Shown: piece by piece, positions 8,598 to 17,842 of the stretch
Numbering within the stretch: the first letter of the stretch is position 1
How the letters are laid out: every line of letters starts with the position of its first letter
Assembly (NCBI GenBank): GCA_963977015.1
Contig: CAXBMO010000013.1
Location: forward strand, 1-64,000
DNA from: an uncultured bacterium
GTDB lineage: Bacteria; Verrucomicrobiota; Verrucomicrobiia; Verrucomicrobiales; DEV007
Reading direction: 5' to 3'
DNA: 64,000 bases
The notes under the pieces: model-generated
Databases searched by the model: none
Seen by the model: only the letters and a program-made list of their open reading frames with translations
Told to the model about the DNA's origin: nothing
Position numbers and translations under genes: made by a program

Positions 8598-10849
8598 GAG
8601 TCCTGCCGGTTGGCCACCAGTCCAATCAGCTTCTCTCGGTTCACTTCACCAAGTTTGTCCAACGACCGAGCCAGGGTGCGATAATCCGAAAGCTTTGAAT
8701 CACTAACCATCAGCATCTTGGTCGCATACGGTCCGAGAATCGAGACGTCTTCGTATCCAGTCACCGGTGGTCCATCAAGAATGACCACGTCGAAATCCCG
8801 GTTGGCAAAACTCAGCAGATCCTGAAAGCACTTCTTCGAGAATTGCTTTTCTGGAGTGGATGCCCAACCCTGTGACGGCAGGACAAACAAGTTGCTGTCG
8901 CCGTGACGGAGGGACTCCAGATCAAAGTGTTCGTCGCCGCCAGATTCCAACCAGGAAACCAGATTGGCGCGTCCCTGGAGGTGGGGAAACCAATAGCTCA
9001 TCGCAGGTGCACGGAGGTTGCAGTCAATGATGAGGGTCTTCTTGCCTTGAGCGGTGAACACTCCGCCCAGGGTTGCGGCGAGGAAGGATTTCCCTTCGCC
9101 TTCGAGGGCACTGGTGACGAGAAGGGTCTTGATGGAGGAATCCTGCCATTCCCGATCAACCTGTGCGGCCAACTTGAAGAATGATTCTCTGGCGGCTCCG
9201 GGGCCAAATGCCTCCGCCAGCATATTCATGCTCGAGTTGGCGTGAATGACCGGGATTTCAGAAATCTCTTCCGGAAGGTTCTTGTGGATATAGGGAATGC
9301 GCAGTCCGAATTTGCGGCTGAGGTCCTCGGTCAGTCCGAGGCAGAGTGGCAACCCGACAAACATCGAGGCGAACAGGAATCCGGAAATAATGGCGGAAAG
9401 TAGCTTGTTGGGGCGGTAAGGCTTCTCGGCCGGGACTGCGGTATCAATCACCCGCACTTTTGAGGATTCTGGAACCTCCATCTCCACCTTTACCTGATTC
9501 AGCTTCGCAAGAATCTCGTTATAGGTCTTTTGATCCGATTCGGCTCGGGCGAGCAGATTGGCGAGCTCAAGTGATTTGCGATCGTTATCAAGAACCTGGT
9601 CGAGCACTTTCTGAAGTTCTCCATCCAAGGATGCCAGTCGCTCTTGTGAACTCTCCTTGGTATTGATGAAGCGTTGGACCGTTTGCCCAACTTCTGCATC
9701 GATAGCTTGTGCCAGGGAATCGAGCTCATGTTGGATCTGTTTTACCTTGAGGTGTTCAGGTCCAAACAAGCTGAGGTTGGAGCTGTACTCCTGCTGTTTC
9801 TGAACCAGTGTCTTGTAGCGTTCGGCAACGGATGGTGACGTGGCGATTTCTGAGATGGAGAGGAGACTGGCTCCTGAAAGTTTGGCCTTGTCGACCTGGA
9901 GGAGAACGGATTCCGCAGTTGTGTAAGCGACTCGAATGCGCGCTCTCTCCTCATTCAGGCGCTTCACCTCATCATTCACGATCCCGAGGCCGCTGTTTTG
10001 CTCCATTACGTCATTCTCAATTCTGAACTTGTTAAGCTCCCGTAAACTGGCGATCGCCTGTGCCCGGTAGTTTTCTTCAGTTTCTTTGAGAAAATCAAAT
10101 CGAGCGCGAGCCTTCTTGCGATTCACGAGAGCCAGGTATTCACTGTAGAGACTGGCGTATTGATTCGCCATTGAAGCGACGAGTGAAGCGTTGGGACCCT
10201 TTGCCTCGACCCGAATGATATGGGATTCCTTCTCCTCGACAATCTTGATCGTGCTCTCAGTGAGCTTTTTGATGAAAAGATCTTGTTCCCAGCCGTCGCC
10301 TCCTGAGTCATCGCCATCTTGAAAGAGGTTGGAGACCATTTCCTTGGTGGAGGACACGCAATCTTTTGCCAGGGCGATTCCTTTCGCAACGAGAGGTTTT
10401 TTGAAGCCGCGATCTTCCAGAAAATCGACCCGATCTTGTGCGTCGATGTGCTGATAGAAATACTCGTGGAAGGCTCGGGTTTGGAGGGAAAGCTTATGAT
10501 TGTTGACCAGAAAGACGGCGCTGTTTTCAAGAACCTGGGAAGGGGACCAGGTTCCCTCCTCAGCAATCGCGACCTCAAGATGGGTGGACGAACTGTAAAG
10601 GGGAGTCCTGCCCGTGAGGAGAATCAGCAACAGCAGCGAGATCGTTCCTGCGATGATTGCGGAAAGCTTCCAGAATCGCTGCAGATAGGTAATGATATCC
10701 TCTACGGAAATGATATTCCGAATCGCGAACTCTTCTTCGCCCTGCGGGGACGGATGGGCGTAGGGAGTTGAAGGTCCCAATGGCGATTGAACCTGGTCGC
10801 GTGCGACCAGTTGTTGGCAGCCAAAGGTTGGTGGAGAATTCGAATGCAT
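8594..10849 (-). CDS. Wzc/GumC-like polysaccharide co-polymerase with a BY-kinase-like domain
   Basis: TM, periplasmic coiled coil, VIDTAVPAEKPYRPNK, TM, then Walker A SALEGEGKS, A' IIDCNLRAP and B ILDGPP. Confidence 0.88.
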   Translation of the reverse strand: MHSNSPPTFGCQQLVARDQVQSPLGPSTPYAHPSPQGEEEFAIRNIISVEDIITYLQRFWKLSAIIAGTISLLLLILLTGRTPLYSSSTHLEVAIAEEGTWSPSQVLENSAVFLVNNHKLSLQTRAFHEYFYQHIDAQDRVDFLEDRGFKKPLVAKGIALAKDCVSSTKEMVSNLFQDGDDSGGDGWEQDLFIKKLTESTIKIVEEKESHIIRVEAKGPNASLVASMANQYASLYSEYLALVNRKKARARFDFLKETEENYRAQAIASLRELNKFRIENDVMEQNSGLGIVNDEVKRLNEERARIRVAYTTAESVLLQVDKAKLSGASLLSISEIATSPSVAERYKTLVQKQQEYSSNLSLFGPEHLKVKQIQHELDSLAQAIDAEVGQTVQRFINTKESSQERLASLDGELQKVLDQVLDNDRKSLELANLLARAESDQKTYNEILAKLNQVKVEMEVPESSKVRVIDTAVPAEKPYRPNKLLSAIISGFLFASMFVGLPLCLGLTEDLSRKFGLRIPYIHKNLPEEISEIPVIHANSSMNMLAEAFGPGAARESFFKLAAQVDREWQDSSIKTLLVTSALEGEGKSFLAATLGGVFTAQGKKTLIIDCNLRAPAMSYWFPHLQGRANLVSWLESGGDEHFDLESLRHGDSNLFVLPSQGWASTPEKQFSKKCFQDLLSFANRDFDVVILDGPPVTGYEDVSILGPYATKMLMVSDSKLSDYRTLARSLDKLGEVNREKLIGLVANRQDS

Positions 10850-10851
10850 AG

Positions 10852-12081
10852 TTAGGCGGCTTTCGGCAAGGTGGTTTCAGAAGTGGTAATGGGTTCGGTG
10901 AAACCCATTTCGTGGAGGATGTCCGAATTGACTCGATGAACGTCAAAGCGTCGTTCTGCCAGTTGTCGGCTCTCCTGACCCATTGAGGCAACCACGTCAG
11001 GACTCTCTAACAGAAACACCATTGCTTCCGCGAGCGAGTTGGCATCCTTTGGCGGGACAAGAATGCCGTTGTTTCCGCAATGAACCACGGACTCGCCCTT
11101 TCTCTGATTCCAGCACTGGGTGGTGATCTCCACAGTTTCCCGGCTTCCAACCATATCGGTCGTGATGATTGGCAATCCGGTCGAGAGAGCTTCCAGAATC
11201 GATCGTGGAACGCCTTCCCGATAGTAAGTTGGAAGGACAAATACATTCGCCCGTTTCAGGAACTTTCTTACATCCCGGGTCGATCCGTGATAGTTCAATA
11301 TCCCTTCACGTTGCCAGGATTCAACGAGTTGTAGTGGAACTCCGTCAGGGCTTTTATCGAATGGGCCAACCAGGTCGAATTGGGCATTGGGGAACTTGCG
11401 GCGCACCTTTTTCGCAGCTTCCGCAAACTCGGCAATTCCCTTCTTCTTCAGAAGCCGGGAGATGAGGAGAAACCGGAAAGTTCCATGGCTGAGCTTCTCG
11501 GGATCTGCAAGAGTGCGGCAGGGGAAATCGGTAAGGCTTACACCAGACCCGGCAGTGGTGAAACTGGGGGTCTCCTTGGGCAGAATCCGGGCGTCTCGCA
11601 GGAGTTGCTCATCATCGGAGTTTTGCAGAAACACCTTATCAACCCCACGTAAGGCAATACTATACATGACTCTGGCAGCGAGGCCTGCGATGCGTTGCTT
11701 GAACGTGCCATCGGGAGAGAACGTGTATCCCAGCCCGGGAATCAATGCGAAAGTACGAGGCACACCACTAAGTTTCGCGCCGATCGTGCCATAGATTACG
11801 GACTTAATGCCATAACAGAAGAGGTAGTCGGGTTCCTCCCTGCGAAGCATTTGAAAAATTTCGAAGAAGGATGCCAGGTCCTTCAGCGGATTCATTCCCG
11901 TTCGGCAAAGTCCCAGCGGAATGAAGCGGCCGCCAATCTTTGCCAGAAAGTTCCGGACGAACTCCGAGTCGCCGGTCGCAGCAGACACGACTTCCAGCCC
12001 TTGTTCAGCGAGTCGCTTCAGAAGTTCGCCACGGTGGTAGACAAGGGTTTTTGAGTCTCCGGTGAGGACGAGGATTTTCAT
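10852..12081 (-). CDS. GT4 glycosyltransferase (CapM/PglA-like)
   Basis: GLGYTF, GSGV, SRLLKKKG and the EGVPRSILEA (EX7E) motif. Confidence 0.93.
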   Translation of the reverse strand: MKILVLTGDSKTLVYHRGELLKRLAEQGLEVVSAATGDSEFVRNFLAKIGGRFIPLGLCRTGMNPLKDLASFFEIFQMLRREEPDYLFCYGIKSVIYGTIGAKLSGVPRTFALIPGLGYTFSPDGTFKQRIAGLAARVMYSIALRGVDKVFLQNSDDEQLLRDARILPKETPSFTTAGSGVSLTDFPCRTLADPEKLSHGTFRFLLISRLLKKKGIAEFAEAAKKVRRKFPNAQFDLVGPFDKSPDGVPLQLVESWQREGILNYHGSTRDVRKFLKRANVFVLPTYYREGVPRSILEALSTGLPIITTDMVGSRETVEITTQCWNQRKGESVVHCGNNGILVPPKDANSLAEAMVFLLESPDVVASMGQESRQLAERRFDVHRVNSDILHEMGFTEPITTSETTLPKAA

Positions 12082-13229
12082 GAAGGGAGAAAGAGAGGGG
12101 CTTTGGTTGAAATCGATTTTGGCCGAACAAAATCGCGGAGGCAGCGTAGCTGATCCAATGCGGTGGCCTTGAAGCTGGCGGGATTGGAAAAGACGAGATC
12201 AATCAGTGTGCGTTCCGAAGACGCCCACGTCCTTTTGTAGGAGGATTCGCCTCCGAGAAAGTCGTATTCCTGGATCTTATGGTCGATGCACCACTGGAGT
12301 TCTTTGGCGATTGCGATGCGCCCGAGCGACAAGTTTGCAAGGTTGGGATCCCAGCCTCCCAATATATTCCAGAGTTTGTTGGCGTAGCAGAAATCAAGGC
12401 GGGCTGAAACGATCCGATCATCTATTTCAAGGAGGCGGAAATGTAACCATCCCTTGGCTCGAAAGACCTTGGCGACCTCAAGATGATGGGAATAGAAAAG
12501 TGAGGAGTTAAAGGTGGAGCGCTGATCTTCCCATCGGGATTTGTTGAGAGCCATCAGATGGTCCATGGCGTCCGTCAGTGAAATATCTCTGCCAGCCACG
12601 AGCTCTGCCACCTGATAATTTTTGTGAAGTCGGTTCCAGTGTCCCTTGAACGCCTTTCTGAAATTCTTGGATCTCGAACCAAGATACTCGTCCCATGACG
12701 AAGGCAGCGTAGTATAGGGTGAGGGGGTTGAATCTATTCGGAACGTTGTTCCGTGGTGCTTCGCGATCGTTGAGAGAAGTGCGTTCAGGGAAAGAGAACG
12801 ACTTTCCACCTGTCGAAGCGTCAAGAGATCCCATTCGCTCTCCAACTCTTCGGTGAAGTAATCATAGAACTGGGGGACAAGCGTTCTTTCAAGCCCCGGA
12901 GTGACGATGAAATCGATAAATTCAGCGGCGGTGTCTCCAAGGGAGCCCAGGAAGCTTAAACAACGCAGTTGCCGTGTCGGTCCCGAATCGCCTTTTCCAA
13001 TCATCATGGGAGCAATCCCACTCAATTTGCCATCCGAGTCCCTGGCAAGGATCACCAGCAATCGGTATTGGTGCCCGTAAGTCTTCCACCACGTCGTAAT
13101 ATATGCCCAGGTCAGGTAAATACTATTGGCTTCTGATCTGACGAGAAGAGAATCCCACTCTTCTTCAAGTTGCTGAAGTAGGTCAAAGGATGAGATCAAG
13201 CTTAGCTGGTGTTCTCCTGACGTCGTCAT
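12078..13229 (-). CDS. GNAT-family acyltransferase of the CelD/BcsL (polysaccharide-associated) type
   Basis: GIAPM, SWDEYLGSRSKNFRK, LSLG, YDFLGGESSYKRTW. Confidence 0.85.
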   Translation of the reverse strand: MTTSGEHQLSLISSFDLLQQLEEEWDSLLVRSEANSIYLTWAYITTWWKTYGHQYRLLVILARDSDGKLSGIAPMMIGKGDSGPTRQLRCLSFLGSLGDTAAEFIDFIVTPGLERTLVPQFYDYFTEELESEWDLLTLRQVESRSLSLNALLSTIAKHHGTTFRIDSTPSPYTTLPSSWDEYLGSRSKNFRKAFKGHWNRLHKNYQVAELVAGRDISLTDAMDHLMALNKSRWEDQRSTFNSSLFYSHHLEVAKVFRAKGWLHFRLLEIDDRIVSARLDFCYANKLWNILGGWDPNLANLSLGRIAIAKELQWCIDHKIQEYDFLGGESSYKRTWASSERTLIDLVFSNPASFKATALDQLRCLRDFVRPKSISTKAPLFLPS

Positions 13230-14968
13230 TTGCTGGCAAGGAGGTTGGAGATTTGCTGCCGGACCGAAAACAGCGCCGTGGTATCGTTTTCCCAGTCACC
13301 AATGTTTCGGGCAATCTGATTAGCGAGCTGATTGGCGACAGCATCACCTTGGATTTCGCGAAGAAGTTGCAAATAGGCGTGGTCTTCAAAAGCGTCGCGG
13401 ATCCATTTGAGTCGAAGGGAGGCGACGGGGCCGTCAAAACCGTGCAGTTCTCGAAGCGCCGGGTATATGAGTAGTCCGTCACCATTATAGATGTCAGTCT
13501 CGTCGGCAAAGGTGGCTGCGTTTCGCCATGGGTCATTTTCTGGTCGAGAATCTACCGTGGCCCAATACTGGACTCCGGAAATGCCGTAGTGATGAGCAAC
13601 CCAACTCCAGATTCGGTAGTTGAGTGGAGGATAGTCTAAAAGCCAAACGGGAGGTTGCCCTCCGCCCAGCTTTAACGGCTTTCCGTGTGTTGCATTCCAG
13701 TGCTCTGAAAGGCAGACCAGTGCTGCGTAAAGCCAGATTTGATCGCCTTCTTCAAGTTGGACCTGAGTCTGGCGGTTGCCGGTTCCGTGGATATCGTCCC
13801 AGAGATCGGAGACATGGACCGACCAGATATCCACGCTTCCAGCCAGTGAGCCAAACGCCGTTTGATCGGGTTGCGGTTGTTCCGTGAGAAGCATCGGAAG
13901 TCGAACTTCGAACAGTTCTTCCAACTCGTTGTAGAATTGCCCCCATTCTCTTGCCTGTTGATATTCCGAAAGGCTATCCGGCTCATCAATATATCCGCAA
14001 TGTGCGATCAGAGATGAGGACGGTTGGCTCGTGGAAAAGGCGGATATATAGTTGGAAAGGTAAGTCTGCGCGCTCAGCCGGTCACGGCCGAGTGGGTCAG
14101 AAAAGGGCCAGTCTGGCCAAAACGGAATCGTAAAGGTTGTGAGTCGGTGGTCTTCGAGAAAGTGCGAAGCTACATCAGCCGGTGTCCCGATCCATGGGGA
14201 ATTGGGTGCGTCCAGGGTGGCCGATGATGAATCAGTATCTGGATCGATCGAACCAATGAATCCCTCGGGTGAGAGATAATGCTGAGCAAGCAGGTCCTCA
14301 AACTGGCGGGTGATTTTGTTCAATGGCGCTGTGTTTCGATCGTAGGCATAGATCTCAGCGAGACGCTGATGATCGAGCCCGAAACAGGATTGGAGGGTGG
14401 GGTGGGACGGAAGCTTAAAATCCCAAACCTTGAGCGTTATGGGAATGGAGATCTCCTTCGGCCCCAGTTGGAAGGAAAATCGGCTAGTATAGATTCCTGG
14501 CCTGGTTTCCTCTGGGATATGAACATCGACCCAGAAGGGCTGGTTTATGGACTTTTCCGGCGATTGAATGATCGGAAGCGATTTCCCTTTGGATACGGGA
14601 ATCAACGCATCTGGATAGAAACCGGTCGGCAGTGCCGACCTTTCGGAAGACTGGGTGACTTCGACGTAGTGTTGGAGAAATATTTCAGGTTCCGTTTCCA
14701 AGAGGGAATTGTTACTTTGAAACGGGGCAAGGGAGGGCTTGCCTGCCGAGAGGTCTGCACTGTTTCCGGTGGCGATGACTTGGAACGATTCCCACTCGTT
14801 GATGGCTGCCTCCAGAAAGACGTGATTGTTGTTCCTGAGCGCCTCGGTGGGAGATATCCGCGTCATGCTATCCACGGTCCACAATCGGACCTGATCGCTG
14901 GCAAAACATGCGAACACGCATGCAATCTGCACGACCAAAACGTAGATAATACCTTTGAGAGACAACAT
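13226..14968 (-). CDS. Secreted DUF4091-domain putative glycoside hydrolase (GH123-like)
   Basis: Signal peptide, NEWESFQV, YPDALIP, NQPFWVDV, IDEP acid pair, GDGLLIYP and SLRLKWIRDAFEDH. Confidence 0.8.
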   Translation of the reverse strand: MLSLKGIIYVLVVQIACVFACFASDQVRLWTVDSMTRISPTEALRNNNHVFLEAAINEWESFQVIATGNSADLSAGKPSLAPFQSNNSLLETEPEIFLQHYVEVTQSSERSALPTGFYPDALIPVSKGKSLPIIQSPEKSINQPFWVDVHIPEETRPGIYTSRFSFQLGPKEISIPITLKVWDFKLPSHPTLQSCFGLDHQRLAEIYAYDRNTAPLNKITRQFEDLLAQHYLSPEGFIGSIDPDTDSSSATLDAPNSPWIGTPADVASHFLEDHRLTTFTIPFWPDWPFSDPLGRDRLSAQTYLSNYISAFSTSQPSSSLIAHCGYIDEPDSLSEYQQAREWGQFYNELEELFEVRLPMLLTEQPQPDQTAFGSLAGSVDIWSVHVSDLWDDIHGTGNRQTQVQLEEGDQIWLYAALVCLSEHWNATHGKPLKLGGGQPPVWLLDYPPLNYRIWSWVAHHYGISGVQYWATVDSRPENDPWRNAATFADETDIYNGDGLLIYPALRELHGFDGPVASLRLKWIRDAFEDHAYLQLLREIQGDAVANQLANQIARNIGDWENDTTALFSVRQQISNLLASK

Positions 14969-15073
14969 TCCCGAATCAATTCCTTCGGGAATATATAATT
15001 TCTATAATTACAAGCAATCGGATAATGCCGAAAAGTGGCGGCCGATCCAAGGTGGGAGATCGTCAGCAGGTAA

Positions 15074-16927
15074 TCAGTATAAAGAGAGCCAGTGAAATAG
15101 CGCGCTTTCGACAATGAGAATGAAGAGCGCCACGGCGAGAATAATGGTCAATATATCCATCCGCGGAAGGGCTGTAGCGGTGCTTGGGGGTAATTGCGGC
15201 GTGGCTTCTGCGGAACCAGATAACATGGTTTCGTTGATCGATAAAAGATGTGCCGTTCCCTGTTGCCCTGTGTTGGTTTTCCAAATTCCCGATCTCTGGA
15301 GATCAAGAAGGTGGTTATCGACCTTTTCTGTTGTGGAAACGACTCGCTCACCAGATAGCGAAGTCCAGGTAACTTCCGAGGCCAAAACCGGAACCACGCC
15401 GCCGGTTGTTTGGTTCAGGCTTCGTGATGGAGCGTTCTCTTCTTCGTCGGCACACCAATAAATCGCATTTCCGAGAAGCAGGGGGAAAGATGCGGTGAGG
15501 GGGAGTCGCTCTGAATATTGAGGGGAAAATGCCATCAACACAACTCGCTGACCATCGGATGCACCTGCAGCCAGAACAGGTTCGTCACCGGCGAGCCAGA
15601 GAGGCTCGAAGGTGTCCCCGGTATTCAGAATGCATGTTTGAGTGAGGGCCAGTCTTGATGCCGCGACACGAAACACGACCGGATGATTGGCATTGAGCAA
15701 CCGGATGTCTCGATGAGGAATCCCTCCCTTCTGAAGTGGAAACGCGTGGACCGGACCAACGCTCTTTGGCGGGTTGATCACGATGGCCGGAACGTCCGTA
15801 GGCCACTCTTCGGGAAGCCAGTTGTCGAAAATGGCCACGTCGATGTTTTTCATCGGCCATTTTTCTGGAGAGACTGACCAAACTTGTAAATCGCCTTCCT
15901 TGATGAGGGATTGAAGGGCCAGTTGAGTGAAAGGGTCGATCGTATCACTACTGCCGATGTGCGCTGCTACGATTGGCTGCGATGTCGGTAATGGGACAAG
16001 GATGAAGTTGTCCAGCGGTAGACAATCATCAGTGGGCTGAAGGGTGAGTTGCAGCAATTGTCCCTGGGCCCCTTCAATTGGAAGCTCGAAACCAATTGTC
16101 TCTCCCGGTGCGATCTCATACTGACGGGGAGCGAGGTAGATACCTCCAACCCGAACTTCAACCAGACCCTTGACAGGCTCAGGTGCTGATGGATTGCAAC
16201 TGACTTGGACGAAGGCTGTGTATCTCGAACTCTCCAAGGGAAGTTTACGGATTTGAAAAGCCGTAAATCCAACATTGCTGATGTCCTGGAGCGCAACCGA
16301 GATGGGGAGAAAGGTTGTATGACCTTCCGGAGAAAACTCCTGCACTGAATCGGAGACCTGCCAAATTTCAGAAGGACTTTCCAGCTCAGCCAGGATTTTT
16401 GCGGTTTCCAGCGCCGCCTCGAAATTATCGGTAGTTGGCCGAACTTGAACGCGTTCGAGTTCGGAGACTAGAGATCGGCGTTTTAACGTTCTCGGCTGAA
16501 GGATTTCGGCTCTCGAATCATAGGTTACTAGTGACACGCCGATTCCCGGTGGCAGGCTCTCCAAGCGAGAAATGATGGCCTCCTTCGCAATTTCCAGCCT
16601 GGTGCGTCCATCGGGTCCTTGGGCCGCCATCGAGGCAGAGCGATCCAATACGATCACGACGCTTCTCGTGTCGTTGTTGGAGGACGAAGAAACTATTCTT
16701 GCCAAGGAGAAAACTGCCGCTAACAGGAGCAATAAAGTAAGGAGCAGGGACACCAACCGTTTGAGTTTTCGTAGCCAGTCACTTTCCTGATGTTCTCGTG
16801 CAACGCTTTTGAAGAAAACCAAAGTGCTGACTTCAACGCTTTTGGATCGGCGCCTGAAGAGGTAAAGTGCGATTGGGACGATGGCCAGCAATCCCAGCCA
16901 TCCGAGTTGAGGATAGAGAAAATGCAT
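15074..16927 (-). CDS. BatA-N plus vWA domain membrane protein
   Basis: BatA-like N-terminus FLYPQLGWLGLLAIVPIALYLF, MIDAS motif LDRSASM, C-terminal TM with IVESAL. Confidence 0.88.
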   Translation of the reverse strand: MHFLYPQLGWLGLLAIVPIALYLFRRRSKSVEVSTLVFFKSVAREHQESDWLRKLKRLVSLLLTLLLLLAAVFSLARIVSSSSNNDTRSVVIVLDRSASMAAQGPDGRTRLEIAKEAIISRLESLPPGIGVSLVTYDSRAEILQPRTLKRRSLVSELERVQVRPTTDNFEAALETAKILAELESPSEIWQVSDSVQEFSPEGHTTFLPISVALQDISNVGFTAFQIRKLPLESSRYTAFVQVSCNPSAPEPVKGLVEVRVGGIYLAPRQYEIAPGETIGFELPIEGAQGQLLQLTLQPTDDCLPLDNFILVPLPTSQPIVAAHIGSSDTIDPFTQLALQSLIKEGDLQVWSVSPEKWPMKNIDVAIFDNWLPEEWPTDVPAIVINPPKSVGPVHAFPLQKGGIPHRDIRLLNANHPVVFRVAASRLALTQTCILNTGDTFEPLWLAGDEPVLAAGASDGQRVVLMAFSPQYSERLPLTASFPLLLGNAIYWCADEEENAPSRSLNQTTGGVVPVLASEVTWTSLSGERVVSTTEKVDNHLLDLQRSGIWKTNTGQQGTAHLLSINETMLSGSAEATPQLPPSTATALPRMDILTIILAVALFILIVESALFHWLSLY

Positions 16928-16929
16928 CT

Positions 16930-17841
16930 TTAACTATTTCCTGCTAACACCGAACCTCGGCCTAACAACTCCATAAACAAGTCTTCGAAAGCTCCGTCTG
17001 TCGACCACTGCATATAATCGATTTGGCGGGACTTACATTCGTGCTCGATCGTATTCAGGTAATGCTCAAACGCTGCAACATAGTTTTCCAATTCGCGCTT
17101 CGTAAACCACATCTTGCGTGATTCATTGGTCTCAGTGTCAATCAGCTGAATTTCACCTTCCAGTTCCGGCCTGCGCTCCAGCGGATGAAAAATATGAATA
17201 AGATGACTCTCGCCTGGCCAACTTACGGTGTGCTTAATGGCTGATTCCGCAGAATGAATGTCTTGTCCGAAAAGATCTGAAAGTACGAAGATTACTCCGT
17301 AACGCTGCCTGCTAGGCTTGAAATCAGCAAAGCATTGGCGCAGATGGGTTTGGCCGCCAAACTCGAGATTTTTCAGGAAGTTGATGACGCGCTGGATGTT
17401 GCCTTGCCCTTTGATTGGAGGCATGGAGTCCACAACCCTGTCACGCATCCCGTATAGGGAAACTTTGTGTTGGCTGACTAGTCCAAGGTAGGAAAGGGCG
17501 ACTCCAAGTCTCAATGCATTGAGGCGCTTTTCTCCATAAGGCTTTTCCATGGAGGCACTGGCATCAATGACGATATGAACGTGGAACTCCTGAACTTCTT
17601 CATAGAGTCGAATGAAGAGGCGCTCAAGGCGTGCATAGAGTCTCCAGTCAATACTCCGGTAATCGTCATCAGGCGTGTACTGGCGATAGTCCTTGAACTC
17701 TCGGGTGTAACCAGTCGATGGCGAATTCTGTAGACCTTTCTTTTTCAGTTGCCGGCGTTTTCTGAGGCGCAGAAACATGGCCCTTAAACGGTCCAGGAAC
17801 TGAGGGTCAAAGAGTTCTTCGCGGGAGTTGGGTTTTGCCAT
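16930..17841 (-). CDS. DUF58 (vWA-like) protein
   Basis: EFKDYRQYTPDDDYRSIDWRLYAR, IDASASM, LSDL. Confidence 0.93.
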   Translation of the reverse strand: MAKPNSREELFDPQFLDRLRAMFLRLRKRRQLKKKGLQNSPSTGYTREFKDYRQYTPDDDYRSIDWRLYARLERLFIRLYEEVQEFHVHIVIDASASMEKPYGEKRLNALRLGVALSYLGLVSQHKVSLYGMRDRVVDSMPPIKGQGNIQRVINFLKNLEFGGQTHLRQCFADFKPSRQRYGVIFVLSDLFGQDIHSAESAIKHTVSWPGESHLIHIFHPLERRPELEGEIQLIDTETNESRKMWFTKRELENYVAAFEHYLNTIEHECKSRQIDYMQWSTDGAFEDLFMELLGRGSVLAGNS

Positions 17842-17842
17842 G

